Below, piece by piece: positions 1-9,900 of a DNA stretch of 45,617 nucleotides (positions within the stretch are counted from its first letter, which is position 1; each line of letters starts with the position of its first letter). Source of the DNA: Thermoplasmata archaeon (GTDB lineage Archaea; Thermoplasmatota; Thermoplasmata; Halarchaeoplasmatales; Halarchaeoplasmataceae); assembly GCA_019594305.1 (NCBI GenBank), contig JAFDTZ010000001.1, positions 1-45,617 on the forward strand, given 5' to 3'. The position numbers and the translations under genes are program-made. Below the pieces are notes generated by a model that ran no database searches, had not been told where the DNA came from, and was given only the letters and a program-made list of their open reading frames with translations.

Positions 1-1336
1 CACCAGAGTATCTCATCAGCGGTACCCTTGTTCTCGTCCAGGTAAGTATAGTTCGACGAACCGTCCGCCGATACGCTGTCTATGAAGGTGCTTTCGTCCC
101 AGGGTCCGCCGTAGTCCTCCGACCGATATATGTTGTAATGACTGACTTCAGCAGGGTCGTCCGGGCTGGCATCCCACGTGAGTAGGTTGTGTTCGTCGCC
201 TTCGCCTCCTTCACCTGTAAGTATGATATCGTCTATATCCCATCTCCACATATCATAAGAATTACCGTCGAAGGTCCATGAGATGTACAGTGTATCTGAG
301 CCGACGTTGTGGCTGAAGGGTATTGTTACCACTTCCGGGCCTATATCGCCAATGGGAGATACTATAGACCATATCTCTTCCCAGTTAGAACCGTCGGATG
401 ATGTCTCCACTCTGAGGGTGTAGCGCGATTGGGAACCGTAGTCGTCCAGGAAGTGTCTGAAGTTCAATTCAAGCTCGGTGAACGACGTGGAATCTATTGC
501 CGGTGTGTAGCATCTGCGGATGCTTGTTTCCGATGGTGAGTAATAGAACTCCAGCTCGGGGGCCAAACCTCCGGCCCTGTTGGTATCCTCAACACGCCAG
601 TGGGTGGTATCCGGCGCCTTGGTCCAACCCTCGGGGATGGTACCTGTATCCACACCTGTAAAGTCCTCTTCGAAGAGTTCCTGGGTTCCGCTTGAACCGT
701 GATGTTCTACCATCAAGTTCGAGGGGGGTGCGGGTGGTATACCAACTATCTCGAAGTAGCCGTCGCTTTCATCCGAATAGCTCAATCCCAGGTCATCATA
801 AACAGTAACTCTCACCAAACATTCATCGCTGGCTACATTGGATAACTCCCAGCTGTAGCTGCCGGTATCCGGCAATCCCGTATCGATGATATTCCACGTT
901 ATGCCTGCATTCGAGCTGTATTCAAGGTCCACATCGATTACCGTATTATCACCTTCGTCTGTCAGCCACGATATGGTTTCCGTGGTCCTAGCAGTCCATA
1001 TCTCACCGCCGTTGGGAGAGATCACGGTTACCTCTATTGGGTCGGCGATTATCGCAAAGTAACCGTCGCTGGTATCTTCACGTGTATTCCCCTGGGTGTC
1101 CCGTACCACCGCTTTCACCAAACATTCCAAGCTGACTTCGTCGGGGATCGTCCACATATAGCTGCCCGTATCCGGAAGTTCCGTTTCGATGGTCGTCCAT
1201 GATATCCCGGTATCCGTACTGTACAGCAAGTCCACGCTGTCTATGGGGTACGCACCCTCTTCCGTGGTCCATGTGATAGCTTCTTCGGTGCCGATTCCCC
1301 ATGCCTCACCACCGTCCGGCCTGGTTACGGTCACAT
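1..1336. repeat. Copy A of duplicated C-terminal coding module (pairs with 3150-4485)
   Basis: Constant offset of 3149 at both ends. Bases 25-160 are identical to 3174-3309. Confidence 0.9.
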
Positions 1337-2543
1337 CTATAGGTGCCTCGGCTCTAAACACCAGATCAGTGTCGGGGTCCCCAAGAAGATTGTATTGAAT
1401 TGTTACATCCTTGGATATCAATGCCAGTTCACCCAACTTTGTCACGCCGTCAACCAAACCGTCCACAAGGGCCTGGGCCAATTCGGTATTTGCACCAGAC
1501 GTCATAAACCTGCAAGCACCCAGGAATCCTACGCCTCCGTTCCTGTTAAGTACCCACTGCTCACCTATGTTTCGATAACTTCCGTCACCGATTATACCCC
1601 ATGGGTCACCATAGGATGTGTGCCGTGTTATATTGTACAACTTACCGGTGCTGCACGCGATGCTCAGCATCAGCCCCTGCCTGGCATCGGGGTAATTCTC
1701 CGGATACTCGAGGCCTCTCTCGTAATAATCTTTCGTGGTGTAATCACCTCCCTGCCATATATAAGGCCCGCCGTGCCCTCTGTAGAAGTACAGCGAATGT
1801 CCGTCTTCGAAGAACTGCTGTGTTACCTCATCGTAAACCGCAGAACCGCCTATGAGTGTCGAAACGTTATATGGCAAGCCTGCACTCAACTGATCCGCCA
1901 CATCGTTTATGTCAGATTCGAAGGTACCCCAGACACGTATATCTTCCGTCCACTCGCCCCACGTGTTGGTATAGGCTATGGTTCTATCCGTGAGCCATTG
2001 AATCTCGGTTTCGTTGTAAACCGGCCATCGGCCCACCATGGTCTGATATGTATTGGCGTTACCGTCAAGGTCCCAGTATTCATGGTCACGCCACATTCTC
2101 CAGGTTACATCATATATGAGGTCATCCACGTATCCGTTGAAAGCAGGGCTGAGGTATTCCGCAGCACCTACAAGTAGGGTATAAAAAGGCCAAGGCTGTC
2201 CCTCTTCCTGCCAAACATTCACAATCTCTCCGTGGATGTGGTTGAAGTTTACGTTACCCTCCTCTATACTCAATTCCCAATCATCGCTTGGTATGTAGGG
2301 ATACCCTTCAACGGTGATAGTCCTAACAATCCGGCCCTGGGATCCCTTGAATTCAACGAATGGCTGGATCGCGTCTTCCCATGTTGAATTAGCCAGTACT
2401 ATCAAATAGTCCGCCGAGGTCTGGTTTGAATATTCCTCTTCGTAAACAAGATGTGTTTGCTCATCATGAATGACACCGCCCAGAGCGAGGGTAGAGAGCA
2501 CCAGTAAGATCACGATTGTCAGGGACGGCGTATAGCGTTTCAT
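1..2543 (-). CDS. Secreted peptidase C25 (gingipain family) cysteine protease with C-terminal beta-sandwich modules; 3' end lies beyond the window
   Basis: Translated by hand. ATG at 2543 overlaps the TGA of the upstream S8 gene (TGATG). Signal peptide MKRYTPSLTIVILLVLSTLALGG. C25 motifs: DYLIV...F VEFK, YTLLVG, MVGRWPV, YRGHG (catalytic His), SIACSTG (catalytic Cys), EQWVLNRNGGVGFLGA, YNLLGDP. The C-terminal part is collinear with the S8 protein's modules. Confidence 0.88.
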   Translation of the reverse strand, partial: MKRYTPSLTIVILLVLSTLALGGVIHDEQTHLVYEEEYSNQTSADYLIVLANSTWEDAIQPFVEFKGSQGRIVRTITVEGYPYIPSDDWELSIEEGNVNFNHIHGEIVNVWQEEGQPWPFYTLLVGAAEYLSPAFNGYVDDLIYDVTWRMWRDHEYWDLDGNANTYQTMVGRWPVYNETEIQWLTDRTIAYTNTWGEWTEDIRVWGTFESDINDVADQLSAGLPYNVSTLIGGSAVYDEVTQQFFEDGHSLYFYRGHGGPYIWQGGDYTTKDYYERGLEYPENYPDARQGLMLSIACSTGKLYNITRHTSYGDPWGIIGDGSYRNIGEQWVLNRNGGVGFLGACRFMTSGANTELAQALVDGLVDGVTKLGELALISKDVTIQYNLLGDPDTDLVFRAEAPIDVTVTRPDGGEAWGIGTEEAITWTTEEGAYPIDSVDLLYSTDTGISWTTIETELPDTGSYMWTIPDEVSLECLVKAVVRDTQGNTREDTSDGYFAIIADPIEVTVISPNGGEIWTARTTETISWLTDEGDNTVIDVDLEYSSNAGITWNIIDTGLPDTGSYSWELSNVASDECLVRVTVYDDLGLSYSDESDGYFEIVGIPPAPPSNLMVEHHGSSGTQELFEEDFTGVDTGTIPEGWTKAPDTTHWRVEDTNRAGGLAPELEFYYSPSETSIRRCYTPAIDSTSFTELELNFRHFLDDYGSQSRYTLRVETSSDGSNWEEIWSIVSPIGDIGPEVVTIPFSHNVGSDTLYISWTFDGNSYDMWRWDIDDIILTGEGGEGDEHNLLTWDASPDDPAEVSHYNIYRSEDYGGPWDESTFIDSVSADGSSNYTYLDENKGTADEILW

Positions 2544-5500
2544 CAGTAGGTTACCTCCCAGTAGATCGCAGTATCCGTCGGATTGTGTATCCAATAGCCG
2601 TTACCGGACTCGAAAACGAAGCTGCCCGGGTCGTGGTCGTACGCAAGATTGTATGTTTGTGTCGCATCGAAGTAACCGATCTTGTCGACATCACCGGGCA
2701 ACCCGTGATTACCGCTCGCCGAAGCGGGCAGACCCACCATGTTCCAGCCGGGGTACAAGGTGATGGTGATCGTCGCAGGTGCGGTTCCGACGACGGTCAG
2801 CGTATCACTAGTGACCATACGTATCCACACGCCCATGCGGTGGTCCCATGTATCGAGTGTGTTGTATCTATCCCCCCTACCAGGAACATAAGATCTCCAC
2901 TCGCCCGCAGATGCGTCGTAGTACATCACACGGTCGTAATTACCCGAGATCCCGTATGTAGTATTATCTAGTATAGTGATAAGCGATATATCCGCAGGTA
3001 TAAGATTGAACGAGACAAAGTTCCAACCGTCAGCGTCTCCGCCCGCGTAAAGTGGTATATCAAAAGTCACAACTACGGCGCCCGGTTCCTGCACTGCGTT
3101 TTCGTTCCCCTCCTCCATACCATTTGCTCCCACCGCACGCACGATATACCACCAGAGTATCTCGTCCGCGGTGCCCTTGTTCTCGTCCAGGTAAGTATAG
3201 TTCGACGAACCGTCCGCCGATACGCTGTCTATGAAGGTGCTTTCGTCCCAGGGTCCGCCGTAGTCCTCCGACCGATATATGTTGTAATGACTGACTTCAG
3301 CAGGGTCGTTCGGGCTGGCATCCCACGTGAGCAGGTTATGTTCGTCGCCTTCACCTCCTTCACCTGTAAGTATGATATCATCTATATCCCATCTCCACAT
3401 ATCATAAGAATTACCGTCGAAGGTCCATGATATGTACAGTGTATCGGAACCCACGTTGTGGGTGAAGGGTATCGTTACCAGTTCCGGGCCTATGTCACCT
3501 ATGGGAGATTCTATTGACCATATCTCATCCCAGTTGGAACCGTCGGACGATGTCTCCACCCTGAGGGTGTACCTAGATTGAGAGCCGTAATCGTCCAGGA
3601 AGTGCCTGAAGCTCAATTCCAGTTCGGTAAACCATGTGGAATCTATTACAGGTGTGTAACATCTGCGGATGCTTGTTTCCGACGGTGAGTAATAGAACTC
3701 CAGTTCGGGAGCCACACCTCCCGCCCTGTTGGTATTCTCAACACGCCAGTGAGCGGTATCGGGAGCTTTGGTCCAGCCAACTGGGATCGTCCCGGTATCG
3801 ACACCGGTAAAGTCCTCTTCGAAGAGTTCCAGGGTTCCGATGGGACCGTGGTGTTCCACCATCAAGTTCAGGGGTGGAGCAGGCGGTATGCCCACTATCT
3901 CGAAGTAACCGTCGCTCATATCCTGATATCCGAAGCCAAGGTCATCGTGAACAGTAACTCTCACCAAACATTCACCACTGGCCACGTTGGGTATCTGCCA
4001 ACTGTAGCCGCCGGTATCGGGTAATCCCGTATCGATGACATTCCATGTTTCTCCGCCGTTCGAACTGTATTCAAGGTCAACATCTATTACCGTATTATCA
4101 CCTTCGTCGGTGTTCCACGATATCGTCTCCGTATCCCCGGCGGTCCATATCTCACCGCCGTTGGGTGAGATCAAAGTTACTTCTACAGGGTCTCCGAGGA
4201 TGGCAAAGTAACCGTCGCTGGTATCTTCGTTGGTCATTCCTCCCGTATCTCTTACCAGAGCCCGTACCTTACATTCCAGGCTAGTTGTGTCCGGGATGGT
4301 CCATGTATAACTACCGGTATCCGGAAGTCCCGAGTCTATGGTGGTCCAGGTATCACCTGCATCAATACTGTACCACAGGTCTACACTGTCTATGGGATAA
4401 GCCCCTTCAATTGTCGTCCATGTGATATTTTCCTGTGTTCCTATCTCCCAGACCTCACCGCCGTTGGGTTGGGTTACCGTTATACCAAGGTGACCGGGAG
4501 CGGTGTACGAGAAATGGAAAGAACCATGACCGTAGACACCTTTAACCACTACGTAGTAACGGCCACCCGCGGAAGATGTGTAGTTTATGTGTTCGTCCGC
4601 ACCCATTGCCGATGTGTTGCTTATATCGATTATCTCGGGGTAGCCGTACTGGTCGGGCGGCCCGTACAGGTAAAGGTCAAAATCCGCAGTGGAGGGAACA
4701 TCCAGGTAAAAGTCATAATCCTCACCGGCTTCCAGGTATACATTACCTGCCCAGGCCTTTCTTCCGTAGTTGTTATCCAGGTTCAGATCGCTCTCCCAAG
4801 TATGATTTATGGTCGTTATGTATGAAGAGTAGCCCTGACCGATGTTCAACTCCCTCGTAAGAGATTCGATGGCAGCATCTATGTTCATGAACCCGTAGCC
4901 CTCGTGTATATCCGGTAAACCCCTGTTAACACTCGGTCCGCCGGTTTCAAATGTGTACATCTCCCTGGGAACCGCGGTTTCGGTGGCGGTCATCAAAAGA
5001 GATGATTTTACCAGTCGTTTGTAATGATGCGGGGCGCTATTGTATTCCTCCCAACCACCTATCGAATCCACCACCAGCATGGTGGCGCCTGCGACAGCCG
5101 GAGTAGCCTGGGATGTGCCCTGGAATCCGTACATTGATTCGATATCCGTGGTGATGTGACCCCACTGGGTAGGAGGGTAGCCGGTGTACGTGCCCGCCGA
5201 CATGACTCCGCCCTGGTACCTGATGGAACCTCCGGGTGCTGCGATATCGGGTTTTGTGTACCCGTCTCCATTATCCAGTAATCCATTGCTCGAGTAGTAA
5301 CTAAGGTTTCCACCCGCCTGTGTCGCTGCAACACCTATCACGGGCGTGTACCTGGCGGGATAGGAGATCGAACCTCCCGGGCCGGCATTACCCGCCGCTG
5401 CAACTATCATTATACCCGAGTTCCACGTATTGTATATGGCATTCTTAACGGAAGAACTATCGCTGCCGGTACCGAGGCTCATGGAAACGGTAGTTATATG

Positions 5501-6793
5501 GAGAGCTTCCCTGTTGGCAACGATGTAGTCCAATCCGTCCACCCACGTGGACGTACCCACGAACATACCGCCTGAGACCATGACCAGTTTAGAGTCAGGT
5601 GCTATGCCGGTAAAAGTTCCGTAGCCATCCGGTGCGCTGCCCTCTGCATCAGCCCATGAGGTGGGATTATGGATCTTGAATACGTATCTCATACCCTGGC
5701 CGAGACCGGCACTGATGGATGTGCGGTAGGTTACTACCCTGTAGAAACCCAATGAGGAAGAATCGACGTCGTATGTCAAGGTGTTCCAGTTACGATCGGT
5801 TGATGTTTTTAGGTTGGGCGTTTGGACGGGATTGTTGAACCGGGCTGCTTCTTCCCAGTTGACTATGTACTCCGTATTACCATCGAACACCGCGGGTTCC
5901 GGAACCTCTCCCAAATACTTCAACGCGACGTACGTAATATCTCCTGAGTTTACGTCTGCAAGGTATGCGAAATTCACCTCGACCTCACCCGGTTCATCCA
6001 CGTAAATCACAGGCGGTTCGGGATATTCTATCTCACCCAGGGTCGTTGACCAGCCGTGGTGGGTGACTAGTCTTCCCTCCGTATCTATCTCGGCGAATTC
6101 CTGCGCAGATGCTATACCGGCTACATGCTGACCGTGACCTCCGTCGTCGTGAGGTTCCGGGTCTGTACCGGAGGCGTCGTGCCACCCCACTATCTTCCCG
6201 TCAAAATCACCTTCGCCGAGGTAGCCGGGGGCGAAGGCCGTATGGTCGGGATCTATACCTGTGTCTATGATGGCAAGGGAGGTGTCCAGGGATCCGGTGT
6301 ACCCGAGATCCGAGAATACGTAATTCCTGGCCCGCACCATATTTGAAGTGATGTAAAGGTGGTAGTCGAAATCATTCTCCTCTTCTATCTCCAAGATCCT
6401 ATGGCACGAACTTGCATAATCGTAAATATTATCGGTATGCATATCTCCCGCGAATCCGTAGATCACATCCGCCCATGGACCTTTGGTCAGCACACCACCG
6501 TACCCTGCGAAGTTCTCCAGGTCATCATCCGTTGGCGGTCCTGTAAGGAGCACTATTACACTTATTACACTCCGTTTGCTCGCAATTATCTCTTCAAGAC
6601 CGTCGGCTACGCGGTTGTTGTTATGGTCGTTATACGAAACCATATCTGGATATCCGTCTTTTAAAGTTACAATATCGTTATCGATACTGAACATTGGTTG
6701 AGACCCCGGTTCATTATTCGTTTCCGCCAAGACCATGGGAACCATCAGACACACGATGATCACCGCACACAGATATTTTCTCTTACTTTCCAA
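2543..6793 (-). CDS. Secreted S8 subtilisin-like serine protease, multidomain (propeptide, S8, PPC-like, 2x 'PNGGE' Ig-like, beta-sandwich, FnIII-like, C-terminal GWN repeats)
   Basis: Catalytic triad IIDTGID / HGQHVAGI / GTSQATP, oxyanion motif AAGN, hydrophobic signal peptide. Start placed at TTG 6793 after a GGAGG RBS (the ORF track starts at 6865). Confidence 0.92.
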   Translation of the reverse strand: MESKRKYLCAVIIVCLMVPMVLAETNNEPGSQPMFSIDNDIVTLKDGYPDMVSYNDHNNNRVADGLEEIIASKRSVISVIVLLTGPPTDDDLENFAGYGGVLTKGPWADVIYGFAGDMHTDNIYDYASSCHRILEIEEENDFDYHLYITSNMVRARNYVFSDLGYTGSLDTSLAIIDTGIDPDHTAFAPGYLGEGDFDGKIVGWHDASGTDPEPHDDGGHGQHVAGIASAQEFAEIDTEGRLVTHHGWSTTLGEIEYPEPPVIYVDEPGEVEVNFAYLADVNSGDITYVALKYLGEVPEPAVFDGNTEYIVNWEEAARFNNPVQTPNLKTSTDRNWNTLTYDVDSSSLGFYRVVTYRTSISAGLGQGMRYVFKIHNPTSWADAEGSAPDGYGTFTGIAPDSKLVMVSGGMFVGTSTWVDGLDYIVANREALHITTVSMSLGTGSDSSSVKNAIYNTWNSGIMIVAAAGNAGPGGSISYPARYTPVIGVAATQAGGNLSYYSSNGLLDNGDGYTKPDIAAPGGSIRYQGGVMSAGTYTGYPPTQWGHITTDIESMYGFQGTSQATPAVAGATMLVVDSIGGWEEYNSAPHHYKRLVKSSLLMTATETAVPREMYTFETGGPSVNRGLPDIHEGYGFMNIDAAIESLTRELNIGQGYSSYITTINHTWESDLNLDNNYGRKAWAGNVYLEAGEDYDFYLDVPSTADFDLYLYGPPDQYGYPEIIDISNTSAMGADEHINYTSSAGGRYYVVVKGVYGHGSFHFSYTAPGHLGITVTQPNGGEVWEIGTQENITWTTIEGAYPIDSVDLWYSIDAGDTWTTIDSGLPDTGSYTWTIPDTTSLECKVRALVRDTGGMTNEDTSDGYFAILGDPVEVTLISPNGGEIWTAGDTETISWNTDEGDNTVIDVDLEYSSNGGETWNVIDTGLPDTGGYSWQIPNVASGECLVRVTVHDDLGFGYQDMSDGYFEIVGIPPAPPLNLMVEHHGPIGTLELFEEDFTGVDTGTIPVGWTKAPDTAHWRVENTNRAGGVAPELEFYYSPSETSIRRCYTPVIDSTWFTELELSFRHFLDDYGSQSRYTLRVETSSDGSNWDEIWSIESPIGDIGPELVTIPFTHNVGSDTLYISWTFDGNSYDMWRWDIDDIILTGEGGEGDEHNLLTWDASPNDPAEVSHYNIYRSEDYGGPWDESTFIDSVSADGSSNYTYLDENKGTADEILWWYIVRAVGANGMEEGNENAVQEPGAVVVTFDIPLYAGGDADGWNFVSFNLIPADISLITILDNTTYGISGNYDRVMYYDASAGEWRSYVPGRGDRYNTLDTWDHRMGVWIRMVTSDTLTVVGTAPATITITLYPGWNMVGLPASASGNHGLPGDVDKIGYFDATQTYNLAYDHDPGSFVFESGNGYWIHNPTDTAIYWEVTY
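3150..4485. repeat. Copy B of duplicated C-terminal coding module (pairs with 1-1336)
   Basis: Direct nucleotide similarity to 1-1336, highest at the low-coordinate end. Confidence 0.9.
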
Positions 6794-6930
6794 GCTATTA
6801 CCTCCTGACTCGTTGTAATACAATTCCTTTTGATTGTAAATAAACATAGTTGGTACATGTGACATCTATAACGCAGAATACGGATAATTTCCGTAACGTT
6901 ATTATGCCTCCTTTACGGTCGGTGGTAGCG

Positions 6931-9900
6931 ATGCGGTTACCAACGGTTCGAGATAGGATATTTATCCATCTGCTGTCCTACACCCGCTTTGCCCGGGGTA
7001 AGGAGGTTCCGTACGAGGTGTCACAGCCGGGAATAGCGGATAGCTTGGGCCTTGCACGTTCTCACGTATCAAAGGAAATGATCAGGTTGAAAAAAAGTTC
7101 ATCTGACCTGGTGGAGGAGAGGACAAGGCACGTTAGAGGTTCCAAACGAAGAAGGAAGGTGTACATTCTTACCCCCCTCGGCCAAAAGAAGGCTAACTCG
7201 ATCATAGAGGGATTGATGAAAGAAATCATTACCATAAATGACGAGAATGGTAAACGCAACGTCACGCTCAGGGAGTTAGAAGAGCTCCTAAATGTAAAGG
7301 ACCCCATCACGGCGGCCTTGAGGGACATCGATGAAGAAGGCGTACTGGACCTATGCAAAAAGAGAGACATCGAAGAGATATTCATAGGCAGAGAGCGTGA
7401 ATTAAAATTGTTTAAAGAATTATTGATCGATGTGAAAAAAGGCTCGGCGAGGACGGTGATAATCAAGGGAGAGACGGGCATTGGTAAGACAAGATTGGTT
7501 TACGAGTTGAAGCCCATAGCCCTTGAGTCCGGTTTCCTATTCATCGAGGGTGTATGTAAAGTTGAAACCGCGGACCCCTACCTCCCCTTCAAGGAAGCAC
7601 TTTCCGGGTTGAACGACATGGACCATGATGAAAAGTTCACCAAGTTCTTAACCTATGATTCTAATTCGGAACCCGAGACGAGATCAAGTTTGGATGCCCT
7701 CAGGGAAGCGGTTTTTTACGATTCAACGCGGATGATAATGAAATTATCGGAAAAAAAACCTGTCGTCATTTTTCTTGATGATTTACATTGGGCCGATAAG
7801 GCCACTCTGGATCTCTTCCGGTATATGGCGGAGACCTTCGAGAATGACAGGGTGCTCCTGTTGGCCACTTACCGACCGGAAGAGGTGAACCTTGACCATC
7901 CCCTGGTCGAAACCCTTTCCAGGATGTGCCGTAAGAATGTGCATATGGAGGTGGACCTAGAACCCCTTGATAAGATGTCAACGAAAAAATTGATCGACGT
8001 CCTAACCGGTTTTAACACCCCGGATAATTTCGTAGGATTTATGAATGAAAAGACAAGGGGAAACCCTTTGTTTATTAAACAGCTGTTAAAGGAGATGCAG
8101 GATGAAGGTAAGGTAAGTGCAGAAAAAGGCTATTACGCTACGGAGGATATGAATATCACGGTACCCGAGGTTGTTGAAAGGATCGTACACCGGAAACTAT
8201 CTCACCTGGATAGAGCGGGTCGACAGGTACTTGAATTTGGATGCGTGCTGGGTAAGGAATTCTCCTTTGATATACTGGATTCGGTATCCGAACTACCGGA
8301 GATGCGGTTACTGGACCAAATAGATATACTTGTGGACCAAGCCATATGGTGCGAAGATGCCGAAAGGGATCGCTTCCACTTCACCCACGAGCTGGTACGG
8401 GATGGCGTATACAACAATATCAAATCGGTAAGGAGGAAAAAACTCCATGGTGTGGTAGCCCGAAAAATGGCCGAAAGGTACTCCGGAACCAAGGACAGAT
8501 TGTCGGATATAGCCAATCACTACATGGAGGCGGGCTTACGTGAAAATGCACTGGAATATTACGTGAAGGCCGGCGAACACGCCAAAAGCCTTTACGCACA
8601 TGAGAACGCCGTACAGCTCTTCGAAAAAGGGTTGACACTCGCCTACGAGGATGACCGCAAGTCCTGCCTCCTTCTTGAGAGTATGGGAGATACACACACG
8701 ATTCTCGGAAACTACGAAGAGGGAAGAAGGAGGTTGGAGGAAGCATTAGGTAAACTGGATGCGGATAATACGGAAGAAATTGGTCTTAGAACGAGAATCC
8801 CACGTAAGATAGCCCATACTTGGTTGATGCAGGGGTCCTATGAAAGATCCATTGAATATATTAATATAGGTATATCTCTTGGTGCCGAACACACAAAGGA
8901 GTGGTGCATACTGCTGAACGTAAAGGGTTGGACCTACATGAAGACCGGCGATTACCATAAAGCCGCCGAGATATTCAAAGATGAGCTAAGGGTTGCGGAA
9001 GATCTAGGTGATGAAAAGGAGATATCCAGAGCACATCATAATTTGGGTACGATAGCCTTGCAATCCGGGGATTTTGACGATGCGACCAGACACCTGGAAA
9101 TAGCTGCGGAAGGTTTTGATAGTTTGGGTGAAAAAGTTAAATTATCAAAAACGCTTAACAACCTGGGAGTTATGTATCTGAGAAAACATAATATTGAAAA
9201 GGCCTTGGAGTACAACGAGAAAAGTCTGCTAAATATGGAGGAGGTAGGTGATATCCAGGGCATTGGAATGAACCTCAACAACATGGGTATAATATATTCC
9301 ATGATGGAAGACTACGAAAAGGCCCTTGACTGTCATGATAGAAGCATGGATATTAAACGGAGGATAGGAGATTCGCAAGGGATGGTCGAATCACATACCA
9401 ACATCGGAGTGATACACGAGAAAATGGGTGATCTCGAAAGGGCACTCGAAGAATACAAGAAAGGGTTGAGTATCTCCCGAAAGATAGGCGATGCACGGGG
9501 CACGGCGGAATTACAGAACGATATCGGATGGATATACAATCTCAAGGGAAAAGTCACAGATTCCGCAGAGATGCTTCGCAGCTCATTAAAGCTAAGAGAG
9601 GATATCGGTGATATCCACGGTTTAGCCGAATCCCATAGGAATCTTGGGATCGTTCTCCTTAAAAAAGGTAATATGGAAGAAGCTCTTGAACACCTTGAAA
9701 AAGGTTTCGAGCTGGCATCGGATATGGATGATGAATATGAAATGGCCTTGATATCAAAATGTACCGGAGATGTGTATCACCAACAAGAAAGATTCGCTGA
9801 AGCATTGGACAATTACGAAAGAAGTTTGGAGCTATCACAGTCCGTGGACAATAAAGGACTTATCGCAGACACATATCGTGGAATGGCCGAAGTTTTTTTG

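Noticed and set aside
1395..2177. 260-aa plus-strand ORF in the track
   Set aside because: Antisense shadow of the C25 protease, which carries clear family motifs.
1..4485. Possible DGR template/variable repeat pair
   Set aside because: Both copies are coding, the mismatches I checked are not adenine-specific and are mostly third-position, and no reverse transcriptase is present.
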